From NCBI GenBank assembly GCA_043743415.1, contig JAYTWO010000074.1, positions 1 to 51,555 on the forward strand: a stretch of 51,555 nt of DNA, in the 5' to 3' direction. The translations under genes were made by a program, and so were the position numbers. The stretch is from Planctomycetota bacterium (lineage in GTDB: Bacteria > Planctomycetota > Planctomycetia > Planctomycetales > Planctomycetaceae). The first letter of the stretch is position 1; the number at the start of each line of letters is the position of its first letter. The notes beneath the pieces are model-generated. The model made no database searches and was not told the DNA's origin. It saw only the letters and a program-made list of their open reading frames with translations. Below, in pieces: positions 8,443 through 18,272 of this stretch.

Positions 8443-11400
8443 CTACCGAATCACCTCTTTCGGCACCTGCCCGTCGAGATACCGCCAGTTCTTGATGAAC
8501 GAGATCACGTCGGCCAGCTGGGCCACGCTGAGTTGCTTCTCGAACCCGACCGGCATCAGTGAGACGCCGTTGGGTTTGAGCTGTTCGATTTCGGAGCGGA
8601 GGACGGTGATCGTCTTTGCTTCCGGTTGCTTCATGGTCACGCTGCTACTGGTCTCGGACGAGATAATCCCGGTCGCCACTTTGCCGCTCGTGTCGACTAG
8701 CGTGTAGCTGAAGTAGTTGTTGTCAATGGCCCGGTTGGGGTCGAGGATGTCGACCAGCAACTGAGCCTGCGTCTTCACCCGCGAGTCGGAGATGTTGGGG
8801 GCCACATCCACACCCAGGTCGCCGATCTTGTGGCACTGGGCACAATTCTTGGCAAACAGCTCCCGGCCCCGCAGCGGGTCGCTCGCGTGAGTCAGTGCCG
8901 CCTGGTACTCCTCCAACACCTTCGACCGATCCGCCGGTGCATTGGCCGCGATCAGTTTCTTGAGCCGCTGCTGAATCTCGGGGTTCTTGACTTGCTGCAA
9001 ACTGGCTAGTCGGGTTTGGCCGATTTCGAGGAACGAGATCTGATTCGACTCGACGAGGTCGAGGAGCTTGGTGATGCGGGGTTCGCTTCGCAGCAAACCA
9101 TCGAGGATCAAGTTTCGAATCGACGGAGTTCGAAACGAGAAGTCTTGGGTGATCAGATCGAAGCCATCAGGGTCAGCCAGTGTGGACGCCGTCTCGATCG
9201 CGGGCTTCAGCAACGTCGGCGTCGCGTTCTTGAGCAAGTCGCGAATCGCGGTCACTGCGGTTTCATGAGCCGCGTGGCGGAGCAACGGAATCTTCACGGC
9301 CAGTTGATCATCGGCCAGCGATCGGTCGGCACATTCTTTAGCGGTTTGTTCGAGCAGAGCGTTCCACTTGTCTTTGATCATCGCGTCTTGGAGGAGCGAA
9401 TCCAATGCGACTCCCCTCGAAGGCAGCGTTTCAATCATGATGAGAACTTCTCGCTTCGCCGATGCATCGACCAGGGCCTCAAACAAGGGAGCCAGTTCCT
9501 CGGGCTTCGCTCCCCGCGTGGCTGCTTGAATCAAATAGGCTGGAATGATGCTCCGCCCAGTCCCTCGGTCCTTCTTCAGAAGTTGCTGTATGATCTCGGG
9601 GAGAAACGGACCTTCTCCAAGTGCCGTCTGCAGTGGGATGTAAGCCAGACTTAATCCTAACTTGATCCGGCTCTCGCGCTCTCGCTCCCCGAGTCGACCG
9701 AGGGTCAGGTGGACATCAGCCCTTGCGAGTGTCGGTGAATACTTCTCCGTGAAAGCAATGACCGCTTTCGACAAGTCGGCATCGTCAGCGACGTAATCCT
9801 CCGCCAATTGAATTGCTGTTCTCGCGATCGCGCGATATACCGATTGTGGTTGACTCGCCTTAGTTCCCACTGGAAGAGAAGCCGTTTCGCGGCGAATAAT
9901 CTCCGTCAGATCCTTCGATGTGATCTGCTCGAGCCCGTGTAAGGTTCGTAGAGCCACGGCGGCACCGTCCTTGCCCCGCTTCGATTCCTCAGAAAGAATC
10001 AAACCCCAGAGAGTCTCCTCGGTCTCGTACGATTGCTTCTCGATCAGCATCCGATGAGCGGTGTCTCGATGCCACCCGTTGGGGTGGACTACCAGCTTGG
10101 CGATCTCGACTGAATCGGTCGGTAGTGGCAGACTCGGGGGGCTGACGCCGCCCCGCTCGCCTTGGCCGACCACGCGCCAGATGCGGCCGCGTTCGGCACC
10201 GATCTTGAGGTCGGGGCGTGTCTTGAGTTCGGCAGGCATGTAGTCAGGGTGCTCGACAACAGCGCGGTACATGTCGACGATGTAGAGTGCTCCATCCGGT
10301 CCCATGGCTGAGTTGACCGGGCGGAACCAAGTTTCGTCGCTGGCGAGGAATTCTCGATGAATTGCTTCGGCGTCGAAAGGTTCAAAGTCTTCATAGCCAT
10401 TGAAGTGAACCAGGTTCCCGGTCGGGTCGCAGGTGAAGCTCTGGTTGTAGAACTTCTCCGGCAACGCCGTCCCGCGATAGAAGATCAATCCACACGCTGC
10501 CGAGAACTGCCCCGCGTGCAAATTCGAGGTCGTCCACGCTCGGCTGATGGGGTACAGCTTCGACTGCTCCCCGGCAGGCGAGATGTCCTCGACCACGCTC
10601 GGCACGGCCAAGTTCGGGTTCAACTTGAGGTGGCGTTCCTCGATGATGACCTTCATGCAGGGGTTGCGGTTGCTGCACACGTAGCGGTTCCCCTCGTCAT
10701 CGAAGGTCAACCCGAACTGGCCGTATCCGCTGACGGCTTCGCACTCGCCGGTGAAGGGGTTGAACCGGAAGTCGCGGCCCGCGATGTCGACCGGCTCGCC
10801 GAGCTTCGCCGACTCGGGAGCGGGCTTCGGCCACTTGGGACGGACGGCTCGCACTTTCCCGTTCCGCAGCCCGTTGGCCACGTATATCCAGTTGTCCGGA
10901 CCGAACGTCGGGTGGTTGCACCGCAACTGGGGGTTCTCCGTCGCAAACCCTTCGAACCACACCTCGCGGAGGTCGGACTTCCCGTCGCCATCGGTGTCCT
11001 TGAAGTAGATCAGCTTCCCATCGGTCGTGACCAGCACGCCGCCGTCCCAGTGCATCAGGCCGTTCGCAAACAGCAGCTCGTCGACGAACACCCGCGGGTT
11101 CGAATACTTTCCATCGCCGTCCTCATCAGTGAGGACGCGAATCCGCGACTTGCCCGGTTCACCCGGTGCCGGGCCGTTCGGGTAGTCGTGCATCTCGACG
11201 ACCCACAGTTGCCCCTTCTCATCAAAGGCGATCGACACCGGAGCACTCACGTCCGGCTCGGCGGCGACCAGTTCGATCCGGCAATCGGGGTCGATCTGAA
11301 AGTGCTTCTGCGACTCCTCCGGGGTGAGGGGACTGTGCGGGACCGGCTTCTGGACTTGTTCATTCGAAGCAGCCGGATCAACTGCGAAGCTCGCCGGAAC

Positions 11401-11454
11401 ACCGACCAGCCACAACACCGCCACGCACGCCACCCACAAAGACCATCTGCTCAT
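8443..11454 (-). CDS. PVC-type heme-binding CxxCH protein (dehydrogenase-like N-domain + HEAT-like repeats + C-terminal cytochrome c domain)
   Basis: 1003 aa. Signal peptide MSRWSLWVACVAVLWLVGVPASFA. The N-terminal region resembles the 'membrane-bound dehydrogenase domain'. C-terminal NCAQCHKIGDLG heme-binding motif. Confidence 0.9.
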   Translation of the reverse strand: MSRWSLWVACVAVLWLVGVPASFAVDPAASNEQVQKPVPHSPLTPEESQKHFQIDPDCRIELVAAEPDVSAPVSIAFDEKGQLWVVEMHDYPNGPAPGEPGKSRIRVLTDEDGDGKYSNPRVFVDELLFANGLMHWDGGVLVTTDGKLIYFKDTDGDGKSDLREVWFEGFATENPQLRCNHPTFGPDNWIYVANGLRNGKVRAVRPKWPKPAPESAKLGEPVDIAGRDFRFNPFTGECEAVSGYGQFGLTFDDEGNRYVCSNRNPCMKVIIEERHLKLNPNLAVPSVVEDISPAGEQSKLYPISRAWTTSNLHAGQFSAACGLIFYRGTALPEKFYNQSFTCDPTGNLVHFNGYEDFEPFDAEAIHREFLASDETWFRPVNSAMGPDGALYIVDMYRAVVEHPDYMPAELKTRPDLKIGAERGRIWRVVGQGERGGVSPPSLPLPTDSVEIAKLVVHPNGWHRDTAHRMLIEKQSYETEETLWGLILSEESKRGKDGAAVALRTLHGLEQITSKDLTEIIRRETASLPVGTKASQPQSVYRAIARTAIQLAEDYVADDADLSKAVIAFTEKYSPTLARADVHLTLGRLGERERESRIKLGLSLAYIPLQTALGEGPFLPEIIQQLLKKDRGTGRSIIPAYLIQAATRGAKPEELAPLFEALVDASAKREVLIMIETLPSRGVALDSLLQDAMIKDKWNALLEQTAKECADRSLADDQLAVKIPLLRHAAHETAVTAIRDLLKNATPTLLKPAIETASTLADPDGFDLITQDFSFRTPSIRNLILDGLLRSEPRITKLLDLVESNQISFLEIGQTRLASLQQVKNPEIQQRLKKLIAANAPADRSKVLEEYQAALTHASDPLRGRELFAKNCAQCHKIGDLGVDVAPNISDSRVKTQAQLLVDILDPNRAIDNNYFSYTLVDTSGKVATGIISSETSSSVTMKQPEAKTITVLRSEIEQLKPNGVSLMPVGFEKQLSVAQLADVISFIKNWRYLDGQVPKEVIR
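10131..10161. repeat. 31-nt repeat GACTCGGGGGGCTGACGCCRCCCCGCTCGCC embedded in a CDS
   Basis: Identical apart from 1 nt to the intergenic copy at 47830-47860. Here it encodes ...GERGGVSPPSL... in an interdomain stretch. Confidence 0.8.
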
Positions 11455-11723
11455 GCTGACTCTCCTGAGCTGCCACTTCGCGGGACACCGACCGACTCAT
11501 CGTGAACGGATGAGAACACGGCGATGAGTCTATCAGCTTGGTGAGGAAGTGGCAGGGTGGTTGAGCGTCAGTTGGCTCTCGTATGCGAGTTGCGGAACGA
11601 TCGCGCCACCGGGCTTGTGGACATGGCCCGGTGAGGGGGGATACTCTGTGAGAGAGCGTTCAGCCTGGGCGAGATCATCATCGGTCGTGGTCGCTGGGAC
11701 GTGTCGTTGACGGGAGGAACCGG

Positions 11724-12605
11724 ATGGAAGAGACCTTTGGCGAACACGAGCGACGAGCAGCTGCGGCGCTGATCGACATGGCCTTGGAGGAGGATCTGCG
11801 GGGGGCGTGCGACCTGACCTCGGTGGCATTGGTTCCGGAGGATCAGGAGGGGACGGTGCAGATCGTGGCCCGTCAACGTGGGGTGGTGGCGGGCCTGCTG
11901 ATCGTGGAGCAGGTGTTCGCGAAGATCGATCCGCTGGTGGTGATCGATCTCCTCTGCCGCGATGGGGAGTGGGTCATGCCGGGGCGTGTGCTGGCCAATG
12001 TGCAGGGGCCGGTGCGGTCGCTGTTGACCGGTGAGCGGACGGTGCTCAACTTTCTCACCGCGCTGGGCGGCGTGGCCACGCTCACCCGCCAGTTTGTTGA
12101 TGCCGCCGAGAGTCCCCGCACGAAGATTCTCGACACGCGCAAGACGTGGCCCGGCTGGCGGCTGTTGCAGAAGTACGCGGTCCGCTGCGGAGGCGGCAGC
12201 AACCACCGCATGGGCCTCTCGGATGGCATCCTGATTAAGGACAATCATCTGGCCGCGTGGCGGACGCAGTCCCCCGATGGCTCCGTCTCTGCCGCCATTC
12301 GCGAGTCCCGCCAGCGCTGGCCGGGCCAGCCGATTGAGGTCGAAGTCGACACGCTGCCCCAGCTGAACGACGCCCTGCACGAGAGGCCGGAGATCGTCCT
12401 ACTCGACAATATGAAACCGCCATTACTGCGCGAGGCGTTGGCCATTCGCGACCGGTTCGCCCCGTCGGTGTTGCTGGAAGCCTCGGGCGGAGTGAGCCTG
12501 GAGACGATCCGTGAGATCGCCGCCACGGGGGTCGACCGGATCAGTATTGGAGCCTTGACGCATTCGGCCCCGGCGCTGGATGTGGCGTTTGACTGGGGGC
12601 GTTGA
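11724..12605 (+). CDS. nadC: Nicotinate-nucleotide pyrophosphorylase (carboxylating)
   Basis: ATG preceded by GGGAGGA. Contains GERTVLNFLTALGGVAT and DTRKTWPGWRLLQKYAVRCGGGSNHRMGLSDGILIKDNH, typical of QPRTase. Confidence 0.95.
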   Translation: MEETFGEHERRAAAALIDMALEEDLRGACDLTSVALVPEDQEGTVQIVARQRGVVAGLLIVEQVFAKIDPLVVIDLLCRDGEWVMPGRVLANVQGPVRSLLTGERTVLNFLTALGGVATLTRQFVDAAESPRTKILDTRKTWPGWRLLQKYAVRCGGGSNHRMGLSDGILIKDNHLAAWRTQSPDGSVSAAIRESRQRWPGQPIEVEVDTLPQLNDALHERPEIVLLDNMKPPLLREALAIRDRFAPSVLLEASGGVSLETIREIAATGVDRISIGALTHSAPALDVAFDWGR

Positions 12606-12646
12606 GTGGGGCTCCCGATGGGGCAAGTCCGGTGATGGAACCAGCA

Positions 12647-12668
12647 ACCCGACGCTGACGCGTCGGGT
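12647..12668. repeat. Hairpin ACCCGACG-CTGACG-CGTCGGGT (family 4 half-element) between convergent genes
   Basis: Shares CTGACGCGTCGGGTGACTGA with the right TIR of the 40318-40468 element. Could act as a bidirectional terminator. Confidence 0.6.
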
Positions 12669-12695
12669 GACTGATGGGGGGCCGCCGCACACTTG

Positions 12696-14789
12696 CTACT
12701 TCGCGGGCTTCAACTCCCACTTCTCGCCGAAGAAATCGGCAGCGGCGATCTTCCCCGGCCAGCGGGCATCGGGCGGCGTCGAGAGGTCGATGATGGCCCA
12801 GTCGGGGAGCTTCGGCACCTGCCGGGCGTTGTTGAGGTAGTCGTACTCGCGGTAGGTGAACGAGCTGTTGAGGACGACGTACTTCTCAGGGTTCAGCGGG
12901 TTGGGGTAGATTAGGACCGGAGCGTGCGACTTGGCGTCGAACGTCTGGTCACCGACGGTGATCTGCTCGGCACTCCACTGGATCGGCAGCTTGTCGGCGA
13001 CCTTCGCAATGGTCGGGTTACTCTGCGGATCGCCCCACAGGATCAGGTGATTGTTCTCGATGTCCTGCGGTGTGAGTTCCTCCGAGGTCTTCACCCGCGC
13101 ATCGCCTCGCATCTGGCGGTGCCACTCGCGGACCGCGCGGTTGAACTCGGCCTCGACCCACTTGTCGACCTCGGGATGTCGACCCGTGGCGGACGGCTTC
13201 ACGAACAGGAACGGAGACATGAGGGCGTCATCAATGGGGCCTTGCAGGTTGTGCTTCTTGACGAGTTCTTTGGAGGGTGGCTCAAGCGGGGAGACAACTT
13301 CCCACTTACCGTTCACGAGGCGAAGTCGACCGCCCCAGGATCGGTCGGAACGCAAGGGCATACTGACCTCAAAACTTGGGTGGAAATCGCCAAGTGGATC
13401 ATCGATCGCGAAGTTGATTCTTCTGTCTTCCCACGCAAGTCCCGTCGCAAAGTCCGCTTCGAGTTCCACTGTTAATTCACTGACATTGGTCGCTTGAACG
13501 ACAATTCCGCCGGATACGCGATCGAATGCAACTATGGCCGGCTTCCAGTGCTCTTGAAGTCTATTGATTGTCAGGCAGTGGGCGGAGTTGTACTTCAGAG
13601 TCGTCGTCGTGAACGTAAACTTCATTGGAAATGGGGCATCCTCGATCTCATCTTGGCTTCTTTGAAGCTCATCCAATTTCTCCAGCCGCTGTTCGATCTC
13701 CGCCCGCGCCGCTGGAGTGATCGAGTGCGCCGTCTTCGGCGCAACGATGTGCGTCAGTTCAAACCGCTCCCCCTCTGGCAGTCCCCAGCACGCTGCCGCC
13801 ATGATGTCGGCGGCTTGCTTCTGGATGTCGACCTCCCCGCTGTAAGCGATTGTCGGCAGCATCCGCAGATTGCGGGCCCAGACCGGACAGTCGTACATCT
13901 GCCACAGCGTTTGCTCGAACGGGTACGGCTTGAGCTCCTCCTTCTGGAACACCTTTAAGAAGTCCGGCGTCTCCGAAAACCCGGCTCCCGGATTAGCCGC
14001 GAACCACTTATCCGGGTAGTGGACCGCGAGGTGCCACGCAGCCGCGCCGCCCATCGAGAACCCGCGAATCGCGACCCGCTGCGGATCGATCGGGTACTGC
14101 GCGAGGGCGTGTTCGAGAACCTCCAACGTGTCGACCTCTCCGGCCAGTTTGTTGGCGTTGCAATAGCGCCCGAATGGGTGAATCATCATCACTCCGGAGG
14201 CGGGTTCCGGCGAGGCGTTCGTCATCCGCTGGGCGATGAACTGGAGTTCGAGCCCCTTCTCGCTGCGTCCCCGGCACCAGATGTCGGCTCGCAGGCCGGA
14301 TACGGATTCCTCTTCCTCACTCTTGTTTCCCGGCTGATACACAATCCCGTACGGCTGAACGGAATCATCGAGCTTCGAACGGAACCCGCGCACGACCGTC
14401 CCGGTTTGTGTCTTCCACGGAGTCTGCTCCTTCGCCAAAGCCTCAACTCGCGCCAGCCCCTCGTCCAGAACATCCTTCGCCCGCTGGGCCTCCGACGGAT
14501 CAAAGAACCCGTCCTCATGGAGCGCCAGATCGACCGCCCGCGCGAACACCTCCACATCGGGCAGGTACTGCTGCACCAGCGAACTCTTCGACCCCCGCAG
14601 CCCGGCGATCTTCTCGCCGAGCGTTTTCAGAGTCGCCTCCAGAGCTTCGCGCTCTGCCGGATCGATCATCACCCCCGGTGGTGGCACGGCTCGGACCGTC
14701 ACCGCTTGATTGTCCGCTGGCCCATCGGCAAACACGGTCGAACAACAGGCCACGCAGAGTGCCAGCCACACGAATCGAAATCGCATCAT
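12696..14789 (-). CDS. Secreted alpha/beta-hydrolase (prolyl-oligopeptidase/esterase-like serine hydrolase)
   Basis: Signal peptide MMRFRFVWLALCVACCSTVFA. GFSMGG nucleophile elbow. 697 aa. Confidence 0.85.
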   Translation of the reverse strand: MMRFRFVWLALCVACCSTVFADGPADNQAVTVRAVPPPGVMIDPAEREALEATLKTLGEKIAGLRGSKSSLVQQYLPDVEVFARAVDLALHEDGFFDPSEAQRAKDVLDEGLARVEALAKEQTPWKTQTGTVVRGFRSKLDDSVQPYGIVYQPGNKSEEEESVSGLRADIWCRGRSEKGLELQFIAQRMTNASPEPASGVMMIHPFGRYCNANKLAGEVDTLEVLEHALAQYPIDPQRVAIRGFSMGGAAAWHLAVHYPDKWFAANPGAGFSETPDFLKVFQKEELKPYPFEQTLWQMYDCPVWARNLRMLPTIAYSGEVDIQKQAADIMAAACWGLPEGERFELTHIVAPKTAHSITPAARAEIEQRLEKLDELQRSQDEIEDAPFPMKFTFTTTTLKYNSAHCLTINRLQEHWKPAIVAFDRVSGGIVVQATNVSELTVELEADFATGLAWEDRRINFAIDDPLGDFHPSFEVSMPLRSDRSWGGRLRLVNGKWEVVSPLEPPSKELVKKHNLQGPIDDALMSPFLFVKPSATGRHPEVDKWVEAEFNRAVREWHRQMRGDARVKTSEELTPQDIENNHLILWGDPQSNPTIAKVADKLPIQWSAEQITVGDQTFDAKSHAPVLIYPNPLNPEKYVVLNSSFTYREYDYLNNARQVPKLPDWAIIDLSTPPDARWPGKIAAADFFGEKWELKPAK

Positions 14790-15061
14790 CAGTCCGGTCC
14801 CCGAGGGAGTAGGTCAGTGGTATCGGCCAATCCTAATGGGTGAGTTGCCGATTGACTATCCGTGGGAACTCGTCGCAGAGGGGACTCCTCCGGAGGCGCG
14901 GGGCGACTTCGAAAGGGACGAACGTGTCGCAGGCACATCAGGCGACGGGCGTTCCGGTTGTCGACTCTCGCGACCGGTTGGGATAGGATTCGACGAGACC
15001 TGCGGCACGCGCCGTCCCCCTCCCCTCAGCGGCCCAGGTCATCTCACCGCAAGGACACTCC

Positions 15062-15553
15062 ATGAACTCTCGTGATGCCATCAAGGTCGGCCTCGATATG
15101 GCCGAATTCGTCAGCTTGGGATACCTCGAAGACCTCACCGAGGCTGAGATGCTGCATCGGCCAGCAGTGGGGGCCAACCATATCAGTTGGCAGCTGGGGC
15201 ACATCATCGCTTCCGAGAACCACATTATGCAGGCCGCGATCCCCGGCTCGATGCCCGCGCTGCCCACGGGCTTTGCGGAGAAGTACACGAAGGAGACGGC
15301 CAGCATCAACGATCCGGCCCAGCTCCTCCCGAAGACCGAACTGCTGAAGGTCTACCGCGAGCAACGGGCTGCGACGTTGGCGGCGCTGACCAAGCTGAGC
15401 GATGCTGACCTCGACCAGGAGTCGCCCGAGATGATCCGCTCCTATGCCCCGAATGTGGCGGCAGCAGTCTCGATGCAGGGGAGTCACTGGCTGATGCACG
15501 CCGGGCAATGGGCCGTGGTGCGTCGGCAACTCGGGCGTCCGCCGCTGTTCTAG
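15062..15553 (+). CDS. DinB-family (DinB_2) protein
   Basis: 163 aa. His-containing helices ISWQLGHII and GSHWLMHAGQWAVVRRQLG are typical of the DinB four-helix-bundle family. Confidence 0.85.
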   Translation: MNSRDAIKVGLDMAEFVSLGYLEDLTEAEMLHRPAVGANHISWQLGHIIASENHIMQAAIPGSMPALPTGFAEKYTKETASINDPAQLLPKTELLKVYREQRAATLAALTKLSDADLDQESPEMIRSYAPNVAAAVSMQGSHWLMHAGQWAVVRRQLGRPPLF

Positions 15554-15587
15554 GAGAAACGTTTCGCGTCGAGAGTCGAGCGTTAAA

Positions 15588-15611
15588 GCCCACCGGTTGC
15601 AACCGGTGGGC
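15588..15611 (+). terminator. Terminator-like perfect palindrome after the DinB gene
   Basis: GCCCACCGGTTG/CAACCGGTGGGC is a 24-nt perfect palindrome 35 nt after the stop, followed by GTTTC. The U-tract is weak. Confidence 0.5.
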
Positions 15612-15642
15612 GTTTCAACCCTGAATCATCAACGATCCCCCT

Positions 15643-16539
15643 ATGCCCAGTGCTGAGCAATACCTGAAACCCGAGGTGATCCGCACGGTCGCACGGCTCG
15701 ACTTGCGCGCCCGGTTCATCGTCGAGGGGTTTCTCAGCGGCCTGCACACCAGTCCCTTTCAAGGCTTCAGCGTCGAGTTCAGCGAGCATCGTCGCTACTC
15801 CGTGGGAGATGATCCCAAGGACATCGACTGGCTGGTCTATGCCAAGACCGACCGCTACTACGTCAAGAAGTACCAAGCCGAAACCAACATCACCGGCTAT
15901 CTGCTGATGGACCTATCCGAGAGCATGGCCTTCACGCATCGCCAGGATCTCACCAAGTTCGAATATTCGGTCTGTCTGGCTGCGGCGCTGGCCTACCTGA
16001 TGGTGCATCAGCAAGATCCTGTCGGGCTGATTACCTTTGACGAAAAAATCCGTGCGAGCCTGCCTGCGAAGAGCAAGCGAACCCAGCTCTCGAACATCCT
16101 GGCTCTGCTCGCCCGGGCCAAGCCGACCGGCAAAACCGATGTGGCCCGCAACCTGCGCCAGACGGCCAGCATGCTCAAGCACAAGAGCCTCGTGATGGTC
16201 TTCTCCGACTTACTCGTCGAGCCGGAGCCGGTGATCCAGGCGATTCGCCAGCTGCGGTTCGGCGGGCACGATGTGATCATCTTCCATGTCCTCGACGAGA
16301 GCGAGGTGCATTTTCCATTCGATGGGATGCTCGATCTGCTGGAGCCGGAGTCGGGCGAGAACTTGATTGTGGATGCCCAGGCGATCAAGACCGATTACCT
16401 GCACGCGATCGGGGAACTCCGCGCGACCTACCGCAAGGAGTGCCTCGGCATGGGGGCCGACTTCGTGGAGCTCGATACGAGCATGCGGTTCGACCATGCC
16501 CTGGTGAAGTATCTCTCGGGACGCAAAGCGAGGTTTTGA
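15643..16539 (+). CDS. DUF58 domain protein (vWA-like, MoxR-associated family)
   Basis: Contains RRYSVGDDPKDIDWLVYAKTDRYYVKKYQAETN plus a C-terminal vWA-like region. 298 aa. Confidence 0.9.
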   Translation: MPSAEQYLKPEVIRTVARLDLRARFIVEGFLSGLHTSPFQGFSVEFSEHRRYSVGDDPKDIDWLVYAKTDRYYVKKYQAETNITGYLLMDLSESMAFTHRQDLTKFEYSVCLAAALAYLMVHQQDPVGLITFDEKIRASLPAKSKRTQLSNILALLARAKPTGKTDVARNLRQTASMLKHKSLVMVFSDLLVEPEPVIQAIRQLRFGGHDVIIFHVLDESEVHFPFDGMLDLLEPESGENLIVDAQAIKTDYLHAIGELRATYRKECLGMGADFVELDTSMRFDHALVKYLSGRKARF

Positions 16540-16553
16540 GTGAAGCTGCCAGC

Positions 16554-16595
16554 CACTCCCCACTCCCCACTCCCCACTCCCCACTCCCCACTCCG
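16554..16595. repeat. Heptanucleotide microsatellite (CCACTCC)x6
   Basis: Six perfect tandem copies counted directly. It lies 15 nt after the DUF58 stop and about 120 nt upstream of the ATG at 16719. Confidence 0.95.
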
Positions 16596-16718
16596 ATCTT
16601 GCCCGATTTCGGCGATCGGCCCTACACTTCCGCTTGGTTCACCGAGTGCATGGATGCACGTCGGCTGGGGAGTCGCGCCGATCGAGGGCGGACTGGCTCT
16701 TGGGAAGGGAGTTCCGTC

Positions 16719-17945
16719 ATGGCAACGAATCGTTGGAGATGGTGTGCAGCGAGTGTGGTGTGCCTCGCCGCTGGGGCCATCACGGGGTACTCACAAGAGG
16801 TGACCACGCCGCAACCGACGCGGTCCATGGTGGTCGCGCCGCCGTTGACCCAGCGGATGACGCCGTTTAAACCGATAACCACGGACGAGACTCCACTCGA
16901 TTCGAACGCGGAACAGACCACCGGCTGTGTCGTGCTGGGGGACGGGCGAGTATTCCAGGGGCAGGTCACTGAACTGGCCACAGCTTACCGGGTGCAGGCC
17001 CAAAACGGGGCTGTGGTCCTCCCCTTTACGCAGGTCCGGACCGTTGCCCCCACGCTGGAACAAGCCTACCAGCAGCTGCGAGAGTCCTACGCGAGACCCT
17101 CCGCCAGCGATCACCTCGATCTCGGATTATGGTGCCAGCAAAACCAACTGTTCGCCGAGGCGAGTGCCGAGGCCCAAGCGGCACTCGCCTTGGAACCCGG
17201 TCGGCGGGAAGCGTTGAGCCTCCTCAAGAAAGCCGAAACCGCCCTCGGACACACCGAGGTTCCCCAGACGCCGAACTCGCCGATAATGGTGCCTCGTCCG
17301 GGCCAGGGAGGCGCGGTCGTCACCACAGCCACCCAGGTCGAATTCAGCCGTCACATCCAGCGGCTGGCCCTCAACAAGTGCGGCAACGGGAGTTGCCACG
17401 GAGCCTCCGCACTCAGCCCGTTCAAGATTCAGCAGGGAGTGCGAGCCGACACCAATCTGACAGAGATGTTGAAATACATCGACCCCGAGAATCCGGAGCA
17501 GAGCCCGCTGCTGGTCAAATCTCGCACCGCCGACGGGCCGCATAACAATCTGTTCCGAGGAGCGAACGGGGCCGAACAGTATGCTCGACTGATGGCGTGG
17601 GTCGTGCAGGCGGCGAAGGACCAGAGCCATGTGGCTGGACTCCCCAAGCGTCCTTATGTCTGGCGCGAGGGCGGTCCGCGGATTACGATTCGGCCCCGTA
17701 CCGAGAAGCCCGATCAGACCGCCAGCGAGGAAACCGCCGGGCGGCTGGATGGTCAGGCACCGCAGGCCCCCGAGATCGAAACGGTCGCCGCCGAGCAGAC
17801 CGCTCCCGGGCCCCGTCCGTCTCGCGCCCCGCGAGCTGCTCCGCTCAAATCCGAAGCGATCCAGAAGCTCCTGGAGAATCACGAGCCAGACGCCTTTGAC
17901 CCGGAGGAGTTCAACCGCCTCGTGCATGGGAACGTGCAACCGTAG
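16719..17945 (+). CDS. Secreted hypothetical protein with degenerate planctomycete-cytochrome-like motif
   Basis: I chose the ATG at 16719, preceded by GGAAGGGAG. The longer ORF from 16440 would overlap DUF58 and read through the microsatellite. Signal peptide MATNRWRWCAASVVCLAAGAITG. Motif FSRHIQRLALNKCGNGSCHG. Confidence 0.7.
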   Translation: MATNRWRWCAASVVCLAAGAITGYSQEVTTPQPTRSMVVAPPLTQRMTPFKPITTDETPLDSNAEQTTGCVVLGDGRVFQGQVTELATAYRVQAQNGAVVLPFTQVRTVAPTLEQAYQQLRESYARPSASDHLDLGLWCQQNQLFAEASAEAQAALALEPGRREALSLLKKAETALGHTEVPQTPNSPIMVPRPGQGGAVVTTATQVEFSRHIQRLALNKCGNGSCHGASALSPFKIQQGVRADTNLTEMLKYIDPENPEQSPLLVKSRTADGPHNNLFRGANGAEQYARLMAWVVQAAKDQSHVAGLPKRPYVWREGGPRITIRPRTEKPDQTASEETAGRLDGQAPQAPEIETVAAEQTAPGPRPSRAPRAAPLKSEAIQKLLENHEPDAFDPEEFNRLVHGNVQP

Positions 17946-18020
17946 GGGACTGCGTTTCCCGGTGTGAGTCTATGCGTGGCGGCCCCGGTGCCTCGTCATC
18001 GCATCAAATGATGACATGCG

Positions 18021-18156
18021 ATCGGCGGATGAAACAATTGCGTGGGATAGGCTTCCAGCCTGTCATTCTTAAGTGAAACGACAGGCTAGAAGCCTATCCC
18101 ACGAAACGACAGGCTAGAAGCCTATCCCACGGGTAAAATACGAGTTGCCGCTCGCC
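18021..18156. repeat. 136-bp composite family-1 REP element (flank + 1 left arm + loop + 2 right arms + flank)
   Basis: ATCGGCGGATGAAACAAT flank, arm 18041-18064, loop ATTCTTAAGTGAAAC, arms 18080-18103 and 18108-18131, flank GGGTAAAATACGAGTTGCCGCTCGCC. An inverted counterpart lies at 21845-21981. Confidence 0.9.
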
Positions 18157-18272
18157 ACATGACTAAACCAACTTCTCGAACTCGCGGCGAAGCAATCTTT
18201 CAACTCGCTGTCGAATCCAGATGCGAATGCCATCGCAGAGCCGGAGATCGGGAAGTCGTGCAGGACCAATTC

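Noticed and set aside
16440-16718. N-terminal extension of the 16440..17945 ORF, overlapping DUF58 and translating the microsatellite as HSPLPTP repeats.
   Set aside because: It would overlap the DUF58 gene by 100 nt. The downstream ATG at 16719 has a GGAAGGGAG ribosome-binding site and is immediately followed by a signal peptide.
18080-18131. Tandem 24-nt repeats that could suggest a mini CRISPR array.
   Set aside because: There are only two units, separated by 4-5 nt. They are the duplicated arm of a palindromic REP element. There are no spacers or cas genes.
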